Below are positions 42,489 through 54,123 of a stretch of DNA of 64,000 nt, in pieces. The DNA lies in NCBI GenBank assembly GCA_963666285.1, contig OY762711.1. The stretch is one strand, 5' to 3'. The notes under the pieces are model-generated. The model saw nothing but the letters and a program-made list of their open reading frames with translations, was not told where the DNA came from and did no database searches. Numbering within the stretch: the first letter of the stretch is position 1; each line of letters opens with the position of its first letter. The position numbers and the translations under genes are program-made. This DNA comes from Sedimentisphaerales bacterium. Lineage in GTDB: Bacteria; Planctomycetota; Phycisphaerae; Sedimentisphaerales; SM23-30.

Positions 42489-43301
42489 ATGGGAAACGGA
42501 TTAAAAATGAAAGAAACAGAAACAAATAAAATAGCATGGGGCAAATTATCAAAAGACCACTATAACCATTATAAAAAGGTACTGCTAAGTGGTAAATTTC
42601 AATTAGATCCCACAATACTTGCTGAAATTGGTGATATTAGCGGCAAAACAGTTTTGCACCTGCAATGTAATACAGGTGCAGACTCAATCATGCTCGCCAG
42701 GATGGGCGCAACTGTCACTGGAGTTGATTTTGTCCCTGACAATATTTTCTATGCTCGTAAATTAGCCGAAGATTGCGGCATCAATAACATACAGTTTATT
42801 GAATCAGACATAATGAAATTAATGGATTTTCACCATGACAAGTATGATATTGTTTTTACCTCTAATGGTGTGCTTATCTGGCTACCTGATAAAAATAAAT
42901 GGGCGGAAACCATAAGGCATACATTAAAAGATGATGGCTTTTTTTATATTCATGACGCTCATCCTTTTTATTACATCTTTGATGAAGTTGAATATCCAAA
43001 AGGTAACTTGATCGCTAAATATCCTTATTTCAGCAATGCACCTGATATGTGTGATACTATTGGCGGATATGCCTGTGAATCAAAAACGGTAAAAACATAT
43101 GAATGGATGTATAAAATTAGCGACATCATCAATTCTTTATCCGCGGCAGGTTTATTTATTGAATATATGCATGAATATGACAGATGTTCGCCCGGCATGG
43201 TGGCCGGCTCTAATGAAACAGATCAAAATGGGTTAGCATATGTTAAGGAATTTGAAAATATAATGCCGGTTGTATTCAGCTTAAAAGCCGTGATTAGATA
43301 A
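42489..43301 (+). CDS. Class I SAM-dependent methyltransferase
   Basis: VLHLQCNTGAD, GATVTGVDF, YDIVFTS.GVLIWLPD, DAHPF. Confidence 0.88.
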   Translation: MGNGLKMKETETNKIAWGKLSKDHYNHYKKVLLSGKFQLDPTILAEIGDISGKTVLHLQCNTGADSIMLARMGATVTGVDFVPDNIFYARKLAEDCGINNIQFIESDIMKLMDFHHDKYDIVFTSNGVLIWLPDKNKWAETIRHTLKDDGFFYIHDAHPFYYIFDEVEYPKGNLIAKYPYFSNAPDMCDTIGGYACESKTVKTYEWMYKISDIINSLSAAGLFIEYMHEYDRCSPGMVAGSNETDQNGLAYVKEFENIMPVVFSLKAVIR

Positions 43302-43490
43302 TTTTAGCACTCAAACCTTCAAGCTGCAATAGTCACCGAATATGACCATGCGTTACTCATTATATTATAATCAAAGTGTGTTGTGATATAAAGCTTAGTA
43401 AATATAATATAATAATATGTTCACTAAACACGCAAAAGATATACTTCAGTTAAAGCATTGTAATCAGAATTAAATAATGGAACTTATAAC

Positions 43491-44402
43491 ATGAAAAAGT
43501 TTTTTTTGATAAATTGGTTATTGTTCGTTGTCTCATTTACTGGCCTTATGACTGGTGGCTGTGCTCGATATGGAATTTTATGTGATAGTAGTCAAATTAA
43601 ATACGCAAAGACAGCTGAGATTTCAGATGATGCCTCCAAAATAGAATCTCTACATATAAATATAGATTCTGGCTCTATTACTGTCCGTGGGTCAGATACG
43701 GATGAATGCCGGTTACTAGCAACGATAAAAGCACTTTCATTTACCAGCAAAGAAGCCAAAGCGTTAGTTGATGGAACTCAAATAAAGATACTGAATTCTG
43801 GGACACAAATGGAAGTTGAAGTCAAAAAGCCGATAATGCAAAAATTTGATCAACTTGAAGTTTCACTTGAAATTTCAATTCCACACGCAATTTCATCTAA
43901 ACTGCATACATCAAGCGGCAATATAATAGTAACCGGCCTGGACGGTTCAGTTGACTGTAGTACTATAACCGGCTCGATTGAGATCAAAAAAGTGCAAGGA
44001 AATGTCACAGCCAATACTAACAGTGGAAATATTAAGCTGGATGACGTTGAATCGCAGCATATGGAACTAAAGGTAAAGACTGGATCGATAAATGGTGAGG
44101 CTTTGGTGGATGAATTGACAGGAGCAGTAATATCAGGAAACATTTCTATGAAATGTATACCGGGATCAAAGGTTAGCGACGTTTCATTATCCGCTAATAC
44201 AGGCTGCATATGGCTAACACTGCCAAAAGATTATTCTGGCAATATAGATGTATCGACAGATCTTGGTCATATCGATTCAGACTTGCCGCAAGTAACAAAA
44301 AATCCTGACCATAAGAAGCTTAGAGGTATTATTGGAAATGGCAACGGAAAGTTAAAAATAAAGACTATTAATGGGGGAATTACTGTTAAGATGCAAAATT
44401 AG
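43491..44402 (+). CDS. DUF4097-like beta-strand repeat lipoprotein (putative adhesin)
   Basis: TGGC lipobox; repeated T.SG.I motifs; ends KTINGGITV. Confidence 0.82.
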   Translation: MKKFFLINWLLFVVSFTGLMTGGCARYGILCDSSQIKYAKTAEISDDASKIESLHINIDSGSITVRGSDTDECRLLATIKALSFTSKEAKALVDGTQIKILNSGTQMEVEVKKPIMQKFDQLEVSLEISIPHAISSKLHTSSGNIIVTGLDGSVDCSTITGSIEIKKVQGNVTANTNSGNIKLDDVESQHMELKVKTGSINGEALVDELTGAVISGNISMKCIPGSKVSDVSLSANTGCIWLTLPKDYSGNIDVSTDLGHIDSDLPQVTKNPDHKKLRGIIGNGNGKLKIKTINGGITVKMQN

Positions 44403-44434
44403 ACTATCTTAACAGTTACCTATGCACTGAACTC

Positions 44435-45245
44435 ACACTTTAAATTTACACTTTACACTTTCAATGCCGCTCCTCTTTTTTTCATCCTTCATCCTTTATA
44501 CTTCATCCTTCAGGTGCAAACAATATTGATATAAACATTACTTACGCGTAAGCTTTAAAATAAGTTGTGAGCCGTTAGGCGAACACCATAATTCTTCACT
44601 CTTCGTTCTTCACTCTTCACTTATTTTTTGGTCTGCCCAACACAAAAAAATAACAACTTACGACAAATTCCACAAAATCCCCTCCCCACCGCAACTCTTC
44701 CCCAAACACGCCTCGCACTCATTCAAACATCCCCGCACTCATTCAAACATCCCCGCACTCTTCAATTTCTATTCGTTTTTTAACCCATCCTTCACCTAAC
44801 TACTCTCACTTATAAATCAATTAGCCTCGGCGAAGCCGACACCTTCACATCATTGGACTTGTCCAATGATGTGCCAGAGTGCGAAGCACGTAGTTAATAT
44901 ACTGGTTGCTGGTCGCTCGTTGCTGTTTAGCTGCTTATCTGCTCTAATCTCTAACGACCTTCGGTCGTTCGCGTAGCCGTTTAAAATAAGCCGTCCGCGA
45001 AGCCGAAACCTCAACTCTTACCTCTTACCTATGTTCGCGTTCCCGTCCGTATAACGCCGCACCCATTCAACGTATCGCCGTATATTGCCCGCGGCCCGCA
45101 ATTCCCCGCCGTTCAAATCCATTTGCCTTTTCACCGCCATCCCACCGCCGCGCCGCCTCGTTACCTTTCCGCACACCTCCCGTTACCCATGTCCTGAACG
45201 AACCAACCTTCCCTGGCATCTGAAACCTGATCCCTGGCCCCTGAT
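44435..45245. repeat. Non-coding mosaic of heptamer tandem repeats and GAA-loop mini-hairpins
   Basis: ACACTTT, TTCATCC, TTCACTC, TGGTTGC, CTCTAAY, CTCTTAC and CCCTGRY runs; hairpins at 44827, 44846, 44879 and 44953. Confidence 0.8.
44714..44760. repeat. 20-bp tandem repeat, about 2.3 copies
   Basis: CGCACTCATTCAAACATCCC twice plus CGCACTC. Confidence 0.9.
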
Positions 45246-45617
45246 TTTCTCGAAAAAATCACCGCGTTTTTACAACCACCAAATCGCGAAAATCAATAAT
45301 TCCCAAAAATTTTATCCCGTTTACTACAAACACCTTACAATTTTTCGGGCCAACCATCCCGCCCAAAAAATCAGCGCACTTTCGACATACCATCCAATAG
45401 CAGAGAGCCGACAAAAAATGAGTACCAGCAAATATCAGCTCTCGCTAAAACTTAACAACGACGAAAACTTCGTCTTAAATATAAACAACGCTCAATAAAA
45501 ACTGAATATTTGTATCACGCCTCGGCAAATCAGAATGATTTGCCCTCTAGAATTGACAATCTCAATTCGTCTCCGCAAGAGCTTGCCTCGCAGCGGTCTG
45601 GCAGCAGACCCTGCCTG

Positions 45618-46955
45618 CTATTCAGGGTCAGCGTCAACCAGCATAAACCTTATCTGGGCTTCTGCTGCCAGCTGATCTCCTACCATTGCCTTACATTTAC
45701 AGTCACCGGTACGACTCTTAATACGAACAGCTTCAACTTCCAATATAAGCTGATCGCCCGGCACAACTGCCTTTCGCATTTTCACCTTATCCATACTCAA
45801 TAGAACCGCAAGCTGACCGGTATGCTCCAGACGCTGGGCAAACAAAAGACCGGACATCTGTGCCAGGGCCTCTACAATCAAAACTCCCGGCATAATAGGC
45901 GTACCGGGGAAATGGCCCTGGAAAAACGGCTCGTTCATTGTCACATTCTTTATCCCAACCGCACGTTTATCACCTTCGATTGAGATTACCCTGTCAACCA
46001 TCAGAAACGGATAACGATGCGGAAGTATCTTTTGTATCTTCCTGATATCCAATACCGTATCAGATGACGGCGTCTTTTTTTCCTGCTGTCTCTCGGCAAC
46101 ATCAAGCAGCTCACTTACAAGCTTATGATTGGTGCTGTGCCCGCTGCGATACGCCACAATCCTGCCATGAATAGGCCTGCCAAGCAGCATAATATCACCC
46201 AACAGATCTGCAATCTTATGTCGTACACATTCATCCTGGAAACGAAACTCATTATCCATCGGACCTTCCGGGCCAATTACCAGAACATCTTTACCGGTAA
46301 GATGCGAGCCTATCCCTTGTTTACTGAAATGCTCGGCCTCTTTCTGAAGAATAAATGTTCGTGCCGGTGATATCTGGCTGATAAAGTTTTCCTGGGAATG
46401 ATGGTATCGATACAGCTGGCGACCTATTAGCGGCTCACTTTCAGAATAGTCCAGTTCGTAAATAACGGTCAGCTCGTCACTCTTGTCAGGTAATGCATAC
46501 AAAACAGCGTCACCTTCTCTAACCGTAATTGGCTCGGTGATAACGAAAGGCTGCACTTTCTTTACCTGCTCAACAATACCGGCTTCAAGGAAAGCCTCGG
46601 TAAATGGATGACAGCTGCCGTCAATATTAGGCATCTCGACATTATCGATCTCGACTATCAGGTTAGTTATGCCTAACGCATTTACTGCCCCCATAAAATG
46701 TTCGATAGTTTCGATATAAGCATCACCAACACAAAGTGCCGTACGACGCATACGCTGCGTAACCCTATCAATATTCAACGGAATAGATACCGGAGGGTCA
46801 AGGTCAACACGAATAAACTCTATGCCGTGATCTACATCTGCCGGCTTCATCTTAAGAGTAACGTCATTGCCGGAAAATAATCCTCTATCCGCAACAACAG
46901 CCTCTTTTGCAATTGTCTTCTGGTTGTTCAATACACAAATCTCTCTAAAAAGCAA
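45618..46955 (-). CDS. lpxC-fabZ: Bifunctional LpxC / FabZ fusion
   Basis: QKTI..GLFSG, TIEH, ISPARTF, VRHKIADLLGD, then LPHRYPFLMVDR, FQGHFP.TPIMPGVL. Start possibly TTG 46931. Confidence 0.93.
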   Translation of the reverse strand: MLFREICVLNNQKTIAKEAVVADRGLFSGNDVTLKMKPADVDHGIEFIRVDLDPPVSIPLNIDRVTQRMRRTALCVGDAYIETIEHFMGAVNALGITNLIVEIDNVEMPNIDGSCHPFTEAFLEAGIVEQVKKVQPFVITEPITVREGDAVLYALPDKSDELTVIYELDYSESEPLIGRQLYRYHHSQENFISQISPARTFILQKEAEHFSKQGIGSHLTGKDVLVIGPEGPMDNEFRFQDECVRHKIADLLGDIMLLGRPIHGRIVAYRSGHSTNHKLVSELLDVAERQQEKKTPSSDTVLDIRKIQKILPHRYPFLMVDRVISIEGDKRAVGIKNVTMNEPFFQGHFPGTPIMPGVLIVEALAQMSGLLFAQRLEHTGQLAVLLSMDKVKMRKAVVPGDQLILEVEAVRIKSRTGDCKCKAMVGDQLAAEAQIRFMLVDADPE

Positions 46956-47966
46956 TTAATCAATTTGCTTCAATACTTTATTCACTTTCTTAGCCATATC
47001 AGGCAGCTTCTTTATTACTGCTATCTGACGCATGACATCACTAAAATTCTGAACAGGGTTACCAATTACCTTGCTGCCGGCTGCCACAACCTGCCCCTGC
47101 ATAATTCCAGACTTGGGGCCTACCATGACCCTATCTTCAACCACGGCATGGTCACCCATACCTACCTGACCGGCCAGGACAACATAGCTCCCTATATGGC
47201 AACTGCCGGCAATTCCAACCTGGCTAACTATTATGCTATTTGCTCCGATTTTTACATTATGAGCAATCTGCACCAGATTATCAATCTTTGTACCTGTTCC
47301 AATTACTGTACTGCCAAATTTGGCGCGATCTATACAAACATTTGCACCAATCTCGACATCATCTTCGATTACTACATTCCCAATATGGGGAATATGCTTA
47401 TGTTTGCCATCTACCATACGGTAGCCAAAACCATCGGTACCTATCGATGTATTACTGTTTATATCTACTTTATCGCCAATAACGCAGCAGTGGTTTACTA
47501 CAACGTTGGGCCAAATCCGACAATTTGAGCCGATTTTCACCTTTTGGCCGATATAGCTGCCGGCACCAATGGTTGTATTATCACCAATTTCAACACCTTT
47601 TTCAATAACTGCCGATGGGCCTACAATTACATTTTTACCAAGTTTAGCAGATGGTGCAACCGCGGCTGTTGGATGATGTTGAAAATCCGGCCCTTCAAGT
47701 TCAGGGGCAAACATCTGCAGCAAAATATCTACTGCTTCATCAACATTATCAACATAAAGCAGTACAACTCCTTCGACAGAATCAGTACCTTTGGGCACTA
47801 TCGCTGCTGATGCTTTTGTTGCCACAAGTTTTGATGAGTATGACTTGTCAGTCAAAAAAGATATCTCTCCATTAACTGCATCATCCAGCGAATTGATTGC
47901 CGTTATCTCAACACTGCCATCTGCTGCTGTACAGCCCAGCTTATCAGCTATTTCCTGTAATTTCAT
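46956..47966 (-). CDS. lpxD: UDP-3-O-acylglucosamine N-acyltransferase
   Basis: Hexapeptide repeats, [31 protein letters not shown]. Start at MKLQEIA. Confidence 0.95.
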   Translation of the reverse strand: MKLQEIADKLGCTAADGSVEITAINSLDDAVNGEISFLTDKSYSSKLVATKASAAIVPKGTDSVEGVVLLYVDNVDEAVDILLQMFAPELEGPDFQHHPTAAVAPSAKLGKNVIVGPSAVIEKGVEIGDNTTIGAGSYIGQKVKIGSNCRIWPNVVVNHCCVIGDKVDINSNTSIGTDGFGYRMVDGKHKHIPHIGNVVIEDDVEIGANVCIDRAKFGSTVIGTGTKIDNLVQIAHNVKIGANSIIVSQVGIAGSCHIGSYVVLAGQVGMGDHAVVEDRVMVGPKSGIMQGQVVAAGSKVIGNPVQNFSDVMRQIAVIKKLPDMAKKVNKVLKQID

Positions 47967-48057
47967 ATTATCTCTTAATAAATCTATTGCGTCGGCCTTT
48001 AAAATAAGGTCACGCAGTGACACCGTAACTTTTCACTTTTAGTTATTAGTTTTTTAC

Positions 48058-48654
48058 TTACTTAGCTGCATCCATCTTCTCAATTACCATGCCGGTAATA
48101 TCAAGAGTTGGGGCATTATAGATCACCTGACGTTCACGAATAACCGCAAATAGCTCCTGGATATTACGAGTATTGGAAAGATCGGTATCGTCTTTATTAA
48201 CAACTAATGTAAGGTTATTTTCACGTGCAACCTGAGCAGTTGCAATAGTAAGTTTTCCGTATAGTGCTTCTGTCCATGCACGAGTTTCAATAGAAAGTGT
48301 CTGCTGCTCGTATTCCTTTAACGCTTCCAGACGAGCCTTCTTATCAAACCAGGTTTTCAGCTTTTCTGAATATTCTTTGCTGCCCGGCTCATAAACATTT
48401 TTCAGTTCTTCATCGATCGCGTCAGCTTCTTCTTTGATCCTGCCCATCTCTGCTCGAGCTTCAGTGCCGCGTTTTTCTGTCTCTTTCTGACGGTCGAGGT
48501 ATTCCTGGCATTCAGTAAGAGCCTTGGTAACATTGACAACCGCTATCTTTCCCGATGATACCTTAGCAACATCCTGGGCATCTGTTGAACGTAAAGATAT
48601 AAATAAACCGGCAATAACTACCAAAGCAACAGCCAACATAGCATTATTTTTCAT
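48058..48654 (-). CDS. skp: OmpH/Skp periplasmic chaperone
   Basis: Signal peptide, KIAVVNV, coiled coil, LDITGMVI; directly upstream of lpxD. Confidence 0.85.
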   Translation of the reverse strand: MKNNAMLAVALVVIAGLFISLRSTDAQDVAKVSSGKIAVVNVTKALTECQEYLDRQKETEKRGTEARAEMGRIKEEADAIDEELKNVYEPGSKEYSEKLKTWFDKKARLEALKEYEQQTLSIETRAWTEALYGKLTIATAQVARENNLTLVVNKDDTDLSNTRNIQELFAVIRERQVIYNAPTLDITGMVIEKMDAAK

Positions 48655-49062
48655 AATGAGTCCTTTCAGTTTGTATTATCCATAGTAGCAGCTTCAAAAT
48701 ACTACAGATGTAAATTGATTTTTCCTAAACGTTTTTGCACCCTACAATTATAGTCAATATACGAGCAATAACAACCCAAAATCAGGTAATTTGGTACAAC
48801 CTTAACACCATTAATATGCTCTTTTTTACTGGCTAATTGGCCACATATCGGCATCCACAAAGCATCCAGACAAATTAATAACTTGAAATTGATATTTAAA
48901 TCACTATATTATGGTGCGGGTGTGTTCTGGCTCTGCCAGATAACATCCCCTACCGTATTTGTAATTATTCGTAACAGAGAATACCTGGTACGACCATAAT
49001 AAGCCAATTTGGGGCAAATTATTATTTCGGATTACCAGGAACTCGCACGCTTTGCGTGTTAA

Positions 49063-50379
<1,317 letters not shown>

Positions 50380-50409
50380 TCGCACGATTACATTCCACCC
50401 AAAAACCTC

Positions 50410-50444
50410 AAAAGGCGCGACCAATTATGGCTCACGCCTTTTTT
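50410..50444 (+). terminator. Intrinsic terminator after eno
   Basis: AAAAGGCG...CGCCTTTTTT about 30 nt after the stop codon. Confidence 0.7.
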
Positions 50445-50519
50445 GTTGCATTCTCACATCTAACTACGTAGAATGAAATAAGTTAGCTTTTGAGTAAAAA
50501 TTGAAACCGTCAAGAAAGG

Positions 50520-51221
50520 GTGTTTAAAATGAAAAAGGCAATTGGTCTTCTAACTCTATTGATTCTATGCAATTGCGCATGTTTTACTTATGCTGATACT
50601 ATCTCTGTCCTCCTGCCTCAGTTCAGTGATAAAACCGGCCCGGTTACTGAAGATATCGACTTGGAAACGGTTTTTACAGATATTGAATGGGTTTCAATGA
50701 AGATATCAGGCTATGCAACTCCTGGCTATGGCCAAGGTGACGGTGTTGAAAGACCATTCTGGGAAACTTATACAATCCCTGCTGAAATCGAAGCTTACAT
50801 GAGTTATCCTGATCTCGGATATTTTCTGGCAAAGTCTGATGAAGTTAATGGGACATTCGAAGTTGAGATCGTGTTTAATAAAAAATATTATGCCAATTGG
50901 AACGTTCTATTTGATGGAATACATGACCTTTCTCTATATACCAGCTCTATATCAGTTATTGGAGGAAATACAATACAGCAGCCATCAATAACCTTTTATA
51001 ATGTCACTATGTCTGTTGGCGGCACAATAGACTCTTCAGTTCATGAGATTATCTCAGACGAAGACAGAATCTATATACAGGAACTGACCGAGCTCGTTAG
51101 TAACTGGCTGCAGGAAGGTTCTGCACCAAACCTTGACGGAGACCTCAACCTGGACGGTAAAGTTGACATGACAGATTTCGCTATGCTCGCTGATACCTGG
51201 CTTAACGAAACAACAGAATAA
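50520..51221 (+). CDS. Secreted protein with C-terminal dockerin-like motif
   Basis: Signal peptide from MKKAIG; DGDLNLDGKVDMTDFAMLADTWL. Confidence 0.8.
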   Translation: MFKMKKAIGLLTLLILCNCACFTYADTISVLLPQFSDKTGPVTEDIDLETVFTDIEWVSMKISGYATPGYGQGDGVERPFWETYTIPAEIEAYMSYPDLGYFLAKSDEVNGTFEVEIVFNKKYYANWNVLFDGIHDLSLYTSSISVIGGNTIQQPSITFYNVTMSVGGTIDSSVHEIISDEDRIYIQELTELVSNWLQEGSAPNLDGDLNLDGKVDMTDFAMLADTWLNETTE

Positions 51222-51283
51222 ACATAAATACAGAACATTAGTTCATACACGCAAACTTCGTTATCCCAAAAATTTTCGATCAT

Positions 51284-52354
51284 ATGAATACATCTAACCA
51301 CCAGCACCTGAAAATAAAACATTTCCGCATGTGGGGCATCTTTTTAATTCCGCAGTTTTTTATGGCATTAAAGATACTCTTCTATCGCATTCAATCTCTT
51401 GCTGCAAGAGGTTTTGACATTTCCCTACCCGGCTATATCTCCGATTTGCCGCTTCAGCTTATAACCATATTCATTACAATATACTTCCTGTTCTGGGGCC
51501 GAAAAGCCGCCAATATTTTGCAGTATTTTATGAACCAATGGCAGCCTGAATATCGAACAGATTTAGCCGCTTACGCGATCAGAATGCTGGGACTGATTTT
51601 CCTGCTTAAACTTATTAAAGATGTTTCTGCTCTATTTATTGCAATCCTGTATGGTTTCAAATCCGATATTTCTTTGTTTAATTCAATACCAGTACCAATT
51701 GCCGTAGTTTCCATAATAACGTTTTCAATACAAATATTATTAACATGGTATCTACTATATAAAGGTAATTTCTTATTTAACATCGTACATCGCCCAGGCA
51801 TAGAAATAAAAGATACCTGCCTGAAAGCTATACACTGTTGGGGGCTGTTTCTACTGCCAAGATTCCTGTATTCAGCTACTGGTTTTATTGCATTTGCGTT
51901 TTACAACCCTTCCCCGGATGCTTACATCTCTCAGAAACAAAAAATCACTTTCCTGATGCAGCATCTCAACTACATATATGTATTCACTATCACAATTTAC
52001 CTGCTTCTTTTCGGCAGGCAAGCTGCAATATTACTGGGATTTTTCATGAATAAATGGCAATCTCAGCATACAAGCGAAACTGCTGCATTTTTCATCCGCA
52101 TCCTGGGTATGCACCTGCTGCTCCAGCAACTCGAATCAATAGTAAGATTATTCCAGAACATCACAACCCGGCACCAATGGCATGAATTCAAAGATGCATA
52201 CAATCTGCCGGGCATCCTCAACCTTACTTCCCTGCCGCAAATTTTAACCATAGCTGCCTGGCTTGCTGTCACCTGGTACCTGCTCTACCGCGGACGGTTC
52301 CTACTCAACTTCATCAACAGACCAGCCCATAATCCGCAATATCCTGATCTGTAA
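51284..52354 (+). CDS. Polytopic membrane protein made of two homologous halves
   Basis: WGIFLIPQF / WGLFLLPRF, FMNQWQ / FMNKWQ, TWYLLYKG / TWYLLYRG pairs. Confidence 0.78.
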   Translation: MNTSNHQHLKIKHFRMWGIFLIPQFFMALKILFYRIQSLAARGFDISLPGYISDLPLQLITIFITIYFLFWGRKAANILQYFMNQWQPEYRTDLAAYAIRMLGLIFLLKLIKDVSALFIAILYGFKSDISLFNSIPVPIAVVSIITFSIQILLTWYLLYKGNFLFNIVHRPGIEIKDTCLKAIHCWGLFLLPRFLYSATGFIAFAFYNPSPDAYISQKQKITFLMQHLNYIYVFTITIYLLLFGRQAAILLGFFMNKWQSQHTSETAAFFIRILGMHLLLQQLESIVRLFQNITTRHQWHEFKDAYNLPGILNLTSLPQILTIAAWLAVTWYLLYRGRFLLNFINRPAHNPQYPDL

Positions 52355-52373
52355 AACCAATCATCAGGCATAT

Positions 52374-52404
52374 AAAAAAGCGTGATCAAGTACTGACCAC
52401 GCTT
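52374..52404 (-). terminator. Intrinsic terminator after the sulfatase gene
   Basis: Minus strand AAGCGTGGTCA...TGATCACGCTTTTTT. Confidence 0.65.
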
Positions 52405-52415
52405 CATATATAATT

Positions 52416-53858
52416 TTATTCCTGCCTGTTATTCTCTGGCAAATGGCCGGTATCTTTCGGCATCTTAGCATTCCACACCAAAAGCATACCTTTCAGCCGT
52501 TTGACAATATCAGGATTTTTATCGGCCAGGTTTTTCGTCTCACTGCGGTCATTGTCAAGATCATATAGCTGTACTTTAGAACCGTCATATTCACAGAGCA
52601 GCTTCCATTTACCGTCTCGAACAGACAAGTCCGGCAGATTTTTTACCCCGGAATCTGAATTCCTGTCCGGAGGCCTGCGGAAAAATATCGGGGCCTGCCT
52701 GCTCTTCTCAGACTTACCTAGCAATGTACTTGCCAGGTTCTCACCGTCAAAATCAGCCTTTGGTAAAGCTGCAGTACCGGTAATATCCAATATCGAAGGC
52801 ACCAAATCTATCGCACTGAAAATGGACTTGGTATTTACCTTACCGGCCTTGCTCTTTTCTAAAAGGCCCGGCCCCCATGCTATCAGCGAAGATCGCACTC
52901 CGCCTTCATAAAGCATTACCTTACCACCCCTGAAAGGCCCGGCCGAACCTGCACCATGTTCCGGGCCATTATCAGAGCATATCAGGATAAGAGTATTATT
53001 TGCCAGTTTAGGATCATCTTTAACCTTGCTGAATAATCTACCAAACTGCTGGTCCATCTCTTCCAGTACACCGAGGTATATCTCGCGTTTATTTCTTGAC
53101 CATCTATCAACCGAAGGGAAATACGGGCTATGTACATCATCCGGCCAAACGTTAATATAGAATGGCTTATCTGCTGTCTTTGCCTTATCGATAAATTCAA
53201 CCGCCCTATCGACAAAACCACTGGTAATCTTCGAACGTAGCATCCAGGTATGCGGGCCGCCCAGCCTTTCGGCATCGCCCCAGATACGACCCTTCTTGAC
53301 TCCGCCCTGCCCGTCTGGAACTTCCGTCAGCGGCAGAAGTTTAGGGCCCATACCCTCAAAATTAGTCAGCGATTCATCAAAACCATATTCTGTTATCGCA
53401 GGAGCATTATCAACATCACGCTGACCGCCCATATGCCATTTGCCGAAATGACCGGTCATATACCCATTATTATGTAGGCATTTCGCCAGGGTAACCACCT
53501 CCGGGTCCAGCCAGTTAGCTATACCACGCTGCTTATTCAGCTCACGACGTGCCAGGTATGAACCTATACGGTATCGCTGAGGATAACAACCGGTTGTAAT
53601 CGCAGTTCGTGACGGCGAACAGATCGGAGAATTAACATAAAACTGCTCGAACCTTATCCCCTGGGACGCCATTTTATCAATATTCGGCGTGGAGGCATCG
53701 GTATTGCCAAAACAGGAGAAATCTCCCCAACCCATGTCATCTACAAACACAAGAAGCACATTTGGCTTATCTGCGGCATACAAAACGGGGGAAAAAATAC
53801 CGGCAAAAAATAAAAATACAAAAATTAACAATAATCTTCTACAGGCTGCATTGTTCAT
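52416..53858 (-). CDS. Formylglycine-dependent sulfatase
   Basis: PNVLLVFVDDMG, CSPSR, GKWHMG, SDNG, YEGGVR. Start set at MNNAACRR. Confidence 0.93.
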   Translation of the reverse strand: MNNAACRRLLLIFVFLFFAGIFSPVLYAADKPNVLLVFVDDMGWGDFSCFGNTDASTPNIDKMASQGIRFEQFYVNSPICSPSRTAITTGCYPQRYRIGSYLARRELNKQRGIANWLDPEVVTLAKCLHNNGYMTGHFGKWHMGGQRDVDNAPAITEYGFDESLTNFEGMGPKLLPLTEVPDGQGGVKKGRIWGDAERLGGPHTWMLRSKITSGFVDRAVEFIDKAKTADKPFYINVWPDDVHSPYFPSVDRWSRNKREIYLGVLEEMDQQFGRLFSKVKDDPKLANNTLILICSDNGPEHGAGSAGPFRGGKVMLYEGGVRSSLIAWGPGLLEKSKAGKVNTKSIFSAIDLVPSILDITGTAALPKADFDGENLASTLLGKSEKSRQAPIFFRRPPDRNSDSGVKNLPDLSVRDGKWKLLCEYDGSKVQLYDLDNDRSETKNLADKNPDIVKRLKGMLLVWNAKMPKDTGHLPENNRQE

Positions 53859-54041
53859 GATAATACTCCTAAAACAATGTAAAAAACAATACTTACAGTT
53901 CAATACTTTTTTTATTATAACAATTTTCCACATCTTTTCCAGTGCCTATATTTCTTAAACTGACCGATCAGAATCTGCATATTTTTATCTTTTTCATTGT
54001 TGAATAGCATAAATTATTATATAGTTCTATTTACTAATACT

Positions 54042-54098
54042 TCAGGCGCCCTCCTGAAATTGCTTTTGATGCGAAAGTTTAAGATTTTGGTTGCCTTA
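54042..54098. repeat. MITE-like family B, internally deleted copy
   Basis: Left part matches 42142-42194 and it ends GGTTGCCTTA like 42299-42308. Confidence 0.65.
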
Positions 54099-54123
54099 AT
54101 TCTACATTTTCTAAGGAAATTTT

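Noticed and set aside
44714..44760. Possible CRISPR array
   Set aside because: Repeats are head-to-tail with no spacers, and no cas genes are in the window.
45085..45498. 137-aa Pro-rich ORF
   Set aside because: TTG start, no SD, no motifs; composition reflects the C-rich repeat region.
46965..47528. 187-aa plus-strand ORF
   Set aside because: Antisense shadow of lpxD.
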